A stretch of DNA of 64,000 nt from an uncultured Candidatus Poseidoniales archaeon (lineage in GTDB: Archaea > Thermoplasmatota > Poseidoniia > Poseidoniales > Thalassarchaeaceae): assembly GCA_902601345.1 (NCBI GenBank), contig CACKMK010000002.1:43571-107570 (forward strand), given 5' to 3'. Made by a program: the position numbers and the translations under genes. How positions within the stretch are numbered: position 1 is the stretch's first letter; each line of letters opens with the position of its first letter. Shown in pieces: positions 1 to 7,855 of the stretch. The notes under the pieces are model-generated. The model saw only the letters and a program-made list of their open reading frames with translations. It was not told where the DNA came from and ran no database searches.

Positions 1-649
1 TCGCAGCCGCTTCCCATGGTGTTGAGCCATCGTATGATTTTCCAATTGCGCCGACCTTTCCATTGGAAAATGGTGCCTTGCCGAGGTACTCGACAGCTGC
101 GTGGATGCCTAACTGTTCATCGAGACCCATGAGGTCCATGCAATGATTAGATTCCCCGGTTCCGAAAACGCTAACCTGTGCTACTCCGAAACCATGAGGT
201 ACAAAATTCTCAATTAGGAACCTCCCGAGTCTGTCTGCAGGAGTTAATGCGTCTACGTCGCCATCATCATAATATGGGCCTATTTCGGCAATGATCGGTA
301 CCTTACAATCTTCTTGGATCTCTGAAGAGTCCATATCACATCCTTCTATGATTGGAAGCCAGAGGCCTAGGTGGACTTCGGCCCCTCCTAATGCTCCAGC
401 ACCGCCGTCTGAAACAGTAATTTCAGGAACTGGGACAAAAATCGATCTCACGGTATCGATGGGATATGACCCATTAGAAGATACTCTACTGAATACATCA
501 TCGTCTCTGTAAATCAGGTTCGAACGATCTTCCACTCTGGGTAGCCAGTGTTCTTCTTCGACCTCCATAGATTCGGTAGAACCGTCTCCCATGCATCCCG
601 AAAATACTGGTGCCAACAAGAGTAGGATCGCTAGATAGGTTCGATGCAT
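1..649 (-). CDS. Partial (N-terminal part; gene continues past window start) CocE/NonD / Xaa-Pro dipeptidyl-peptidase (S15) family alpha/beta hydrolase, probable lipoprotein
   Basis: Own translation of the minus strand from the ATG at 649-647 runs to position 1 with no stop. N-terminus MHRTYLAILLLLAPVFSGC looks like a signal peptide plus lipobox Cys. ...GKVGAIGKSYDGSTPWEAAA matches the GxSYxG nucleophile elbow of CocE/NonD hydrolases. Absent from the ORF track because it is truncated by the window edge. Confidence 0.55.
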   Translation of the reverse strand, partial: MHRTYLAILLLLAPVFSGCMGDGSTESMEVEEEHWLPRVEDRSNLIYRDDDVFSRVSSNGSYPIDTVRSIFVPVPEITVSDGGAGALGGAEVHLGLWLPIIEGCDMDSSEIQEDCKVPIIAEIGPYYDDGDVDALTPADRLGRFLIENFVPHGFGVAQVSVFGTGESNHCMDLMGLDEQLGIHAAVEYLGKAPFSNGKVGAIGKSYDGSTPWEAAA

Positions 650-724
650 TCGATATCGGTCCACTAATTGCACGGTTGGGCGAGTCTGCATGAATATTAG
701 GGATTAATGTCAGGGTGTTTCAGG

Positions 725-1183
725 CTATTCCTTCATCAACATCCTGAGTTCCTCGACTGAGCGTTGTTCGTCGAAGTAGACCACTTCTAGGGAGTCATAG
801 AGCTCCGAGTCTCCGAGTTCCTCCACCAACGGCAAAATCCTGCCATAAATTTCCGCCGCTGCCTTTTCTGTTTGGTACGCCTCTTCGAGTATTTCCTTGT
901 AATTTGAAGTATGAACTATCGGAGATGGGTCCCTCTCAGTTATTGCAGTTCCATCCAGTTTTACGATAGCGGAGCGAACTGTGGAAGCGTGCATCACAGA
1001 TTCGTTGACCTCATTGCTGAAGTGGGTTGATAGATGAAGCCGATGGATCCCTGACACGTATGCAGAATAGTGAGCATACATTGCTATTGCTCTCAGTTCC
1101 CAAGATAAAGCTTGATTTAGCGCTTCGACTAGTTGACTCTTTGGCATATTTCTGTGGTATGTGTTTGTGGCGAGTGCTATCAA
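725..1183 (-). CDS. Dps/ferritin-like protein (DNA protection during starvation family)
   Basis: 152 aa. LNQALSWELRAIAMYAHYSAYVSGIHRLHLSTHFSNEVNESVMHAS...KLDG follows the Dps pattern LN..L..EL.A...Y..Y...V.G.....LH..F..E.......HA of a four-helix-bundle ferritin fold. Confidence 0.55.
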   Translation of the reverse strand: MIALATNTYHRNMPKSQLVEALNQALSWELRAIAMYAHYSAYVSGIHRLHLSTHFSNEVNESVMHASTVRSAIVKLDGTAITERDPSPIVHTSNYKEILEEAYQTEKAAAEIYGRILPLVEELGDSELYDSLEVVYFDEQRSVEELRMLMKE

Positions 1184-1248
1184 TACTCGTTTTTGAATAG
1201 AGTTTTTTCGGCCGCAACATATGTGTCTGTGTCCTGACTCGAGTAGAC

Positions 1249-2751
1249 GTGAGTGCGTACGAAGAATTACTGACGAGACTGAAAGATATCGACTTAATTA
1301 GACAAATAGGGAGCCTATTGAGTTGGGATCAGGAGGTGTTGATGCCTCCGAAGGCGGCTCCTCTGAGGGCAGAGCAACTTGCTTGGATTTCGAAGACTGC
1401 ACATGAGAGGCTAACTGATGACAGAGTAGGAGAAATATTGGATGAAATTGAGTCCAATGATGATATGGATGTAATTAAATCGGCGAATATCAGGCTTGCA
1501 AGGGAGGCTTTTGACAGGGCAACGAAGTTGCCTACAGAGTTCGTTGAAGAGATGGCGAAGCATCGTTCCAAGGCTCTGATTTCTTGGACTGAGGCGAGGG
1601 AGAAGGACGATTTCTCAATTTTCCGTGATGACCTCGAAATAGCGATTAGACATGCGAGGATGAAGGCCGATTTCTTCGGATATGATGGTCTGAGATACGA
1701 TGCGCTGCTCGATCTTTACGAAAGCGGTCTAACCGTGGAAAGACTCGACCCACTGTTTTCGGGTCTTAGGGAAAATGTGACACCCCTGATCAAGGAAGTA
1801 GTGGAAAGGGACGAAGGGCCGGATTTCTCATGGGTTACAGAAAGCACATGGAGTCAGAAAGCACAGGAAGAGCTGAGCCAAAGTGTTTCTGAGGCAATAG
1901 GTTTCGACTTCGGGGCAGGAAGGAGGGATCTGTCCACTCACCCATTCTGTGGGGGGCCTAATCCCGATGATGTAAGGTGGACAACTCGCTATAGTGAAGA
2001 GGAGCCGTTCGGATCCCTGTTTGGTTCAATGCATGAAACAGGTCACGGTACGTACGAACAAGGTAGACCTAGGGATTTGGACTTCCAACCGGCAGGAAAG
2101 GCAAACGGTCTTGGGATTCACGAGAGTCAAAGTCGCCTCTGGGAGAATCAGGTAGGGAGATCCCGGGAATTTTGTGAATGGTCCATCCCGTTGTGGAGGA
2201 AGTTCTTCCCAGAAAATATGGACGGAGTCAGCGCCGAGCAACTATGGCAGGCAGTTAATTTGGTGAAGCCTGGTTTAATCAGGGTTGATGCTGATGAGGC
2301 CACATACAATCTACACATCATGATCAGGTACGAGATCGAAAAGCAACTTATTGCTGGCGAAATAGATGTAGATGATCTTCCTGATGCTTGGGACGAAATG
2401 TACCATGAATACTTGGGAATTAGAGCTCCTTCCCGTACACTGGGAGTTCTTCAGGATATTCACTGGTCAATGGGTGCAATCGGCTACTTCCCAACGTACA
2501 CTCTCGGGAATCTTTACGCTGCTCAACTGCTCGAGTCAGCCAGAAAAGATCTCCCAGAACACGATACTCAGATTAGGGAGGGGGACTTCTCACCACTACT
2601 CAATTGGATGAGGGACAATGTCCACTCGAGGGGAAGCGTGCTGGAGCCAGCGGAGCTAATCAAGGAAGCAACTGGTCAGGACCCTTCCCCTGATGCTTTC
2701 ATAAGATATCTTAGCTCAAAGGTTGAGAGGCTTTACGGAGTTAGTGCTTAG
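1249..2751 (+). CDS. M32 family metallocarboxypeptidase (carboxypeptidase Taq-like)
   Basis: 500 aa. HETGHGTYEQG is an HExxH zinc motif in the M32 context. DIHWSMGAIGYFPTYTLGNLYAAQL is the M32 signature region. Confidence 0.85.
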   Translation: MSAYEELLTRLKDIDLIRQIGSLLSWDQEVLMPPKAAPLRAEQLAWISKTAHERLTDDRVGEILDEIESNDDMDVIKSANIRLAREAFDRATKLPTEFVEEMAKHRSKALISWTEAREKDDFSIFRDDLEIAIRHARMKADFFGYDGLRYDALLDLYESGLTVERLDPLFSGLRENVTPLIKEVVERDEGPDFSWVTESTWSQKAQEELSQSVSEAIGFDFGAGRRDLSTHPFCGGPNPDDVRWTTRYSEEEPFGSLFGSMHETGHGTYEQGRPRDLDFQPAGKANGLGIHESQSRLWENQVGRSREFCEWSIPLWRKFFPENMDGVSAEQLWQAVNLVKPGLIRVDADEATYNLHIMIRYEIEKQLIAGEIDVDDLPDAWDEMYHEYLGIRAPSRTLGVLQDIHWSMGAIGYFPTYTLGNLYAAQLLESARKDLPEHDTQIREGDFSPLLNWMRDNVHSRGSVLEPAELIKEATGQDPSPDAFIRYLSSKVERLYGVSA

Positions 2752-2767
2752 AAGTGGTGAGGTGCAC

Positions 2768-3853
2768 ATGACAGTATTCAGTCTGACTGACTACTCCTCC
2801 CTGGTCAGGGAGATTGGAGGGGAGTGTGCCTTCGTTAGAGTCTCAGGGAAATTACTGGTGTCGGGCTCCAAATCAGGAGAGGTTGCCTGCTGGGATTTGG
2901 ACAACGGTAAAGAGATGTGGAGATCAAAGTTCGAGGGTCCTTGTTCTAATGCGGATTCGAATAAAGATTTCCTGTTCTTCACAGAGTCAGATAGAGTTCA
3001 TTCAATTGTGTTGTCCTCTGGAGATGAGGCTTGGTGCGTGGAACTGGAGGGTTCTAGCGATCTTGTTAGAGTTTCTTCAGAGTGCGTTTGGGTGACTTCG
3101 TCTGTTTACAACTTCGAGATTCAGGACTATTCAGAGGGTTCGGTATGGAAAATTGACTATTCAGGAAAAGTTAGGTGGAAGGGTGACACGATAGGAAGAG
3201 CCTGGTCTCTATCTGATTTTCAAGGACAAGCAATCATGGGACTAAGTAGGCCTAAGTGTGGATATGCCATTGCATCCGAAACAGGAATTGAATATCTTGA
3301 GTTGGAAGAAAATAAGCCGATAACTGCTGGATGTAAATTAGATGGAGGAGGGATAGTTTTCGGGCATAGCAATGGATCGGTAACTGAGATATATGGAGAA
3401 GTCTGCTCTACCGTCAGCGTAGGAGACTCTGCGATCCGCGCGGTGGATTGCGGGACTAGTTGGGTTGCAGGGCTCGATTCTGGAGTCGTTTCAACCGGCG
3501 AATCCCTAGGATCATGGAAAATAGAGTCTTTTGGCTCCATTGATGTAGTTTCATTCGGTCCTTCGTTGGACGATGTCGCAGGCATATGGTACTCATCTTG
3601 GGACGGTAAAGGAGGAGTTTTCCTAGTAGACTCTTCATTTGGGAGTCTGCAGCTCGAGCTCTCTCACGAATCTAGGATAGTAACCTGTTTCGCTACTGAG
3701 CATACGATTTGCTTTGGAGATATTAGCGGATGCATACATGTAATCGAGAAGGAGGTTCTCCGGCGTCGTTTCGGAAGGCTCCCAGAAGGAGATATCGAAT
3801 CTGGAAGAGAATCGGAGCTTAGAAAGAAAATACGTGCACTGCGAGGTGCCTAA
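2768..3853 (+). CDS. PQQ-like beta-propeller repeat protein
   Basis: Repeated motifs SGKLLVSGSKSGEVACWDLDNGKEMW and SGDEAWCVELEGS are typical of PQQ/WD-like propeller blades. Start moved to the internal Met (MTVFS...) to avoid a 29-nt overlap with the upstream gene. Confidence 0.45.
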   Translation: MTVFSLTDYSSLVREIGGECAFVRVSGKLLVSGSKSGEVACWDLDNGKEMWRSKFEGPCSNADSNKDFLFFTESDRVHSIVLSSGDEAWCVELEGSSDLVRVSSECVWVTSSVYNFEIQDYSEGSVWKIDYSGKVRWKGDTIGRAWSLSDFQGQAIMGLSRPKCGYAIASETGIEYLELEENKPITAGCKLDGGGIVFGHSNGSVTEIYGEVCSTVSVGDSAIRAVDCGTSWVAGLDSGVVSTGESLGSWKIESFGSIDVVSFGPSLDDVAGIWYSSWDGKGGVFLVDSSFGSLQLELSHESRIVTCFATEHTICFGDISGCIHVIEKEVLRRRFGRLPEGDIESGRESELRKKIRALRGA

Positions 3854-3889
3854 TTTACAGTGGAAAAACACCCCAAAAACCCCCTATTT

Positions 3890-4530
3890 CCAGTGAACTG
3901 CTCCATTATTGACGAAATGTTTATGTGCCACCCATAACCCTGTGTTTCTTGCCGCTCCGGGGGAGTGGTGTGAGGGCGCTTCGGCGCGACTCGCGGGCCA
4001 CAAAAACCGAGCCCCGAAACCGGGGCGGTAAAACCGAAATCCGAAAGGAAATCGGGGAATGGCTGGAGCGTCTGTGGACGCAAAGGCCGCGGCGAATAAA
4101 TCGGACGAACTGGAGGTAACGAAAGGGAGAGCGAGATAGGAGCTGAAGAGATACACATGCGTAGGGTGAAGAGAATGAACCTGGGTCATGTAGGTGGGGA
4201 ACGAGGCAGAGATAACCGGACGCAAGGAAGGGGAAGGAAACCAAGGGAAACACCGGGCAACAAGGGCGGGGAGACCCGTGGAGAAGCCAGTATCGAGACG
4301 TGAAAGGAAAAGCGGAGACGAAGTACCAGAAGCGGATGCGGCGAGTGAAAGGGAGATCTATTACGAGTCGGAAAATGACAAAGGAAGAGCATGAAGTTCC
4401 GGAGTCGTCTACCCGGGGGAACCCGGGCCTTCGGGCCCGGGGGACACCCGGACCCTGCGGAGTTAACAGGGGGGGAAGCTCCCCCATGTGCTGAACCCCC
4501 TGTTGCTCCCACCTAATATCGGCCCAGAAA
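3890..4530. ncRNA. Candidate large structured non-coding RNA (unclassified), strand undetermined
   Basis: Roughly 700 nt lie between convergent genes with no credible ORF. The only ORFs are overlapping, low-complexity P/R/S-rich frames on both strands. The plus strand is strongly purine-rich and GC-rich. Perfect hairpins: gcgc-ttcg-gcgc (3976-3987), gccccg-aaac-cggggc (4011-4026), ccga..cc-gaaa-gg..tcgg, cccgggcc-ttcg-ggcccggg (4422-4441), gggggg-aagc-tccccc (~4470-4486). UUCG and GNRA tetraloops are hallmarks of stable RNA. No RNase P (GGAAAGUCCGG / ACAGAAnCCGGCUUA) or obvious SRP signature found by eye. Confidence 0.3.
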
Positions 4531-4558
4531 TTTCCTGAAGACTAGTGGAAACTACTGC

Positions 4559-6160
4559 TTATTCCATTGGACCAGTCATATCACCAGGTCTGACCCATTC
4601 TTCGAACTGCTGCTCATTCACCAGGTCCAGTTGGATAGCACTTTGCCTTAGAGTAAGTCCCTTCTCATGGGCATTCTTAGCGATTTTAGCTGCATTGTCG
4701 TATCCGATGTGTGGATTCAGAGCGGTAACTAGCATCAATGAGTTCTCGAGGTGCTCGGCAATCTTTGCTTCGTTTGCGCTGAGCCCGAGTATGCAATTTT
4801 CAGAGAAAGATACACAGCTATCTGAAAGCAGCCTTGTGCTATGCAGGAGATTATGGATCATCAACGGCTTGAAAACGTTCAGTTCGAAGTTCCCCTGACT
4901 TCCACCGATGGAGATAGCGACGTGGTTCCCCATTACTTGGCAACAGACCATAGTCATGGCCTCAGACTGTGTTGGATTGACCTTGCCAGGCATTATACTA
5001 GAGCCTGGTTCATTCGCGGGTAGAGAGAGTTCTCCGAAACCACATCTAGGTCCGGATCCAAGCCATCTCACATCATTGGCTATCTTCATCAATGAGGCTG
5101 AAAGTGTATTCAAAGCGCCAGAAGCTGCTACGATGGCATCGTGAGCTGCTAGTTGTGCAAACTTATTCTCTGCACTGATGAAAGGTAGGCCTGTTTTTTC
5201 TGAAATCTTACCAGCGACTATCTCTGCGAAATCGGGATGAGTATTGAGGCCGGTTCCAACTGCAGTCCCTCCTAGTGCTAGTTCGTACAAATCGTTCAGA
5301 GCCGTTTGAATTCTAATCAAGTCGGCATCCAACATCGACACGTAAGCACCAAACTCCTGTCCAAGTGTTAGCGGAACGGCATCCATGAGGTGGGTTCTGC
5401 CGATTTTGACTATGTCAGAGAACTCTTCCTCCTTCTCCGCTAAAGAATGTCGAAGTTTCAGTACTGATGGAATTAGTCGATGTTGTATTTCCTCAGCTGC
5501 AGCGATGTGCATTGCGGTTGGAAACGTATCATTACTAGACTGCGCGCGGTTTACATGATCATTAGGGTGTACCGGAGATTTACTGCCCAGCTTTCCTCCG
5601 GATATCTCAATTGCCCTATTCGCAACAACCTCGTTTGCATTCATGTTCGTCTGAGTCCCAGAGCCCGTCTGCCAAATCCTGAGGGGGAAATGGGAGTCTA
5701 GAACCCCAGAAATCACCTCTTCACATGTTTCCGTGATCAGTTTTCCAATGTCATCTTCCAGTACTCCGAGCTTGACATTTGTCTCTGCTGCTGCCTGCTT
5801 TAGGATTCCGAATGCACGAATCACAGATCTAGGCATTCTATCTTCTCCTATGTCGAAGTTGATCAGAGACCTTGCTGTCTGTGCCCCATAATATCTATCA
5901 GCAGGAACTTCTATGTCCCCCATTGTATCGGTCTCAACCCTTACTTTGAGATTGGTCTTGTTCGGTTTTCGAGACTTTTTCTCTCCAGAGTTCGGCTTGT
6001 TGATAACGGCTCCAGAAAGGGAGCTTTCAATCATCTTGGAAATAGTGGCAGATCTTCCCTCTCCTCTGCCCTTACCAACCCTAGCGTCCAATCTTCTAGC
6101 AATATCCTCAGGAATACTGACTGAAATTATTCTACGATCACCGACCCGATGTTTCGCCAT
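4559..6160 (-). CDS. fumC: Class II fumarate hydratase (FumC) with in-frame N-terminal ribbon-helix-helix (CopG/NikR-like) domain
   Basis: 533 aa. [20 protein letters not shown] matches the fumarase/aspartase signature GSSxMPxKxN. [20 protein letters not shown] is FumC-like. The canonical FumC N-terminus [19 protein letters not shown] begins at residue 80 (ATG at 5923-5921). Residues 9-48 ([40 protein letters not shown]) fit an RHH fold. Next comes a Lys-rich linker, with no stop codon in between. Confidence 0.8.
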   Translation of the reverse strand: MAKHRVGDRRIISVSIPEDIARRLDARVGKGRGEGRSATISKMIESSLSGAVINKPNSGEKKSRKPNKTNLKVRVETDTMGDIEVPADRYYGAQTARSLINFDIGEDRMPRSVIRAFGILKQAAAETNVKLGVLEDDIGKLITETCEEVISGVLDSHFPLRIWQTGSGTQTNMNANEVVANRAIEISGGKLGSKSPVHPNDHVNRAQSSNDTFPTAMHIAAAEEIQHRLIPSVLKLRHSLAEKEEEFSDIVKIGRTHLMDAVPLTLGQEFGAYVSMLDADLIRIQTALNDLYELALGGTAVGTGLNTHPDFAEIVAGKISEKTGLPFISAENKFAQLAAHDAIVAASGALNTLSASLMKIANDVRWLGSGPRCGFGELSLPANEPGSSIMPGKVNPTQSEAMTMVCCQVMGNHVAISIGGSQGNFELNVFKPLMIHNLLHSTRLLSDSCVSFSENCILGLSANEAKIAEHLENSLMLVTALNPHIGYDNAAKIAKNAHEKGLTLRQSAIQLDLVNEQQFEEWVRPGDMTGPME

Positions 6161-6211
6161 AATAATACTATTAATAACTTATTAATAAATATATTTACTA
6201 CAGTCTAATCA

Positions 6212-6694
6212 TCATACTCTCTCTACACTGATTATCTTCTGAGGTGACACCGGTCTATCTCCGGGACGAGTCTCTGTGGACTCAATCTTCCTAACTACTT
6301 CCATCCCCTTAGCAACTTCGCCGAATACAGCATGGTTTCCATCGAGCCAGGGAGTGGGTACAGTAGTAAGAAAGAACTGGGAACCCCCCGTATCTCGTCC
6401 TGCGTTTGCCATAGAGAATATCCCTGGCCTGTCGTGTTTTTTCGATAATGCAGATGTCTCACATGGTATCTTCCAGCCGGGACCTCCGGTACCGGCTCTC
6501 CCATTGTTTGCATCTCTTGAATGTGGACATCCTCCTTGGATCATGAAATCTTTGATTATTCTGTGGAAGTGTAGGCCATCATAGAAGCCGTCGTCTACTA
6601 ATTTAAGGAAGTTGTTTGTTGTCTCTGGGCATTCCTCTGTGTACAATTGAATTTCTATCTCTCCCGCACTTGTTGTCATTCTTACGTATGTCAT
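6212..6694 (-). CDS. Peptidyl-prolyl cis-trans isomerase, cyclophilin type
   Basis: HFHRIIKDFMIQGG and GGSQFFLTTVPTPWLDGNHAVFGEV are cyclophilin signatures. Start placed at the internal Met (MTYVRMTTSAGEIEIQLY). Confidence 0.8.
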   Translation of the reverse strand: MTYVRMTTSAGEIEIQLYTEECPETTNNFLKLVDDGFYDGLHFHRIIKDFMIQGGCPHSRDANNGRAGTGGPGWKIPCETSALSKKHDRPGIFSMANAGRDTGGSQFFLTTVPTPWLDGNHAVFGEVAKGMEVVRKIESTETRPGDRPVSPQKIISVERV

Positions 6695-6739
6695 ATTGTA
6701 TGAGTAGAAAAACAGGTTCAATATGGTATTGTATTGCAG

Positions 6740-7138
6740 CTATGCAACTGTTGAGCCCGGCATAGTTCCTTCTGGGGCCTCCAACAGTCTGACTGTACCA
6801 TCCGCATCTAAAGCACCCAAGACCAGGAATTGGGAAACGAAGCCCGTGGGTAGTGTCTTCTCTCCTAGATTAATAGCCGCTACTACCATCCTTCCTATCA
6901 ATTGTGAACGGGAGTAGTTTGTAATCTGAGCCGAGCTCCAAAGCCTTCCAACTATGGGTCCAAAATCAACTCTAATCTTGTAAGATGGCTTTCTCATCTC
7001 TGGGAATTCCTGGACATCATCAATTATTCCGGCCCTCATATCCACAGAAAGAAATTCTCCGATTCCGATATACTCCTTTCTCTCAAGTTTGGATGGGTGG
7101 TATGGCAGACTTTCTGAATCAATGTCGTGCTGTCCCAT
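6740..7138 (-). CDS. tRNA-binding domain protein (CsaA / Myf-domain like)
   Basis: 132 aa. SVDMRAGIIDDVQEFPEMRKP...KIRVDFGP...QLIGRMVVAAINL matches the OB-fold tRNA-binding (CsaA/EMAP) domain pattern. Confidence 0.55.
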   Translation of the reverse strand: MGQHDIDSESLPYHPSKLERKEYIGIGEFLSVDMRAGIIDDVQEFPEMRKPSYKIRVDFGPIVGRLWSSAQITNYSRSQLIGRMVVAAINLGEKTLPTGFVSQFLVLGALDADGTVRLLEAPEGTMPGSTVA

Positions 7139-7142
7139 CTCT

Positions 7143-7727
7143 TCAACTCGCGATATCGGATTTAACGGTGAGAGGAATTAAGTTTATTCCAGCCTCCTCG
7201 AAGGCTTCCAATCCTCCCTCTTGTCTATCTAGTATAGTGATACAACAGACTACATCACAACCCATCTGATTGAGTGTTCTTGCCGCCTTCAAAGCGGACC
7301 CCCCGGTAGTTGTGACGTCCTCAAGAAGAACTACTCTATTCCCCGGCTGTAAACTAGACCCTTCTATCCCGGGAGGGTTTCCTGTCTTTCTCCCACCCCT
7401 GCCCTTTGGTTCCTTTCTGACAATAAAGCCTCTCAATGAGGATCCCTGTGCTGCCTTAGCGATTGTAATTCCTGTTAATGGTACAGCTCCTAATTCGAGG
7501 CCTCCAACTGCATCTACCTCCCCAATCTTCTTGATTTGATCATGAATTAGGATTCCAAGAAGATGAGCGCATTCCGGGTCCATCATAACTGGTTTCATGT
7601 CAAAGAAGTGCTTACTCTTTCTTCCACTGGCTAATGTGAAGGCCTCTTCCTCCGAGAAAAGATAAGCAAGATCGCGTATTCTGTAAATTAGTATTTCTCG
7701 GGCCTGTTCCACTGATGTTGAGGTCAT
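7143..7727 (-). CDS. pyrE: Orotate phosphoribosyltransferase
   Basis: 194 aa. VVLLEDVTTTGGSALKAARTL is the PRPP-binding motif of type I PRTases. Length and layout fit OPRTase. Confidence 0.75.
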   Translation of the reverse strand: MTSTSVEQAREILIYRIRDLAYLFSEEEAFTLASGRKSKHFFDMKPVMMDPECAHLLGILIHDQIKKIGEVDAVGGLELGAVPLTGITIAKAAQGSSLRGFIVRKEPKGRGGRKTGNPPGIEGSSLQPGNRVVLLEDVTTTGGSALKAARTLNQMGCDVVCCITILDRQEGGLEAFEEAGINLIPLTVKSDIAS

Positions 7728-7855
7728 TCTACCTGATATGGCCTTGACGTAATGTCATGAAGATTGCCTTCATTGAGGTGAATTTCGAGCAAGATGACGG
7801 TGAATGTTCTTGGACGGCCTCTTCGGAGTGGTTAGTGTTGTCGCGAGGGGAAGGC

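Noticed and set aside
291-512. Plus-strand 73-aa ORF near the window start
   Set aside because: It lies entirely inside a well-supported minus-strand CocE/NonD hydrolase reading frame. It is a shadow ORF.
3850-4512. Several overlapping 60-190-aa ORFs on both strands (e.g. 3921..4487 -, 4186..4512 -, 4194..4394 +)
   Set aside because: The ORFs overlap one another. Their translations are low-complexity (P/R/G/S-rich or K/E/R-rich) with no domain signatures. They lie in the purine-skewed hairpin-rich region and are better explained as non-coding (candidate RNA).
3880-4540. RNase P RNA or SRP RNA identity for the structured intergenic region
   Set aside because: I could not find the conserved P4/CR-I/CR-IV RNase P elements (GGAAAGUCCGG, ACAGAAnCCGGCUUA) or a recognisable SRP domain IV motif on either strand. 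The region is left as an unclassified candidate RNA.
7757-7855. 33-codon upstream extension of PolD DP2 (track start at 7757)
   Set aside because: It leaves only 29 bp for two divergent promoters. The conserved DP2 N-terminal alignment begins at the Met at 7856.
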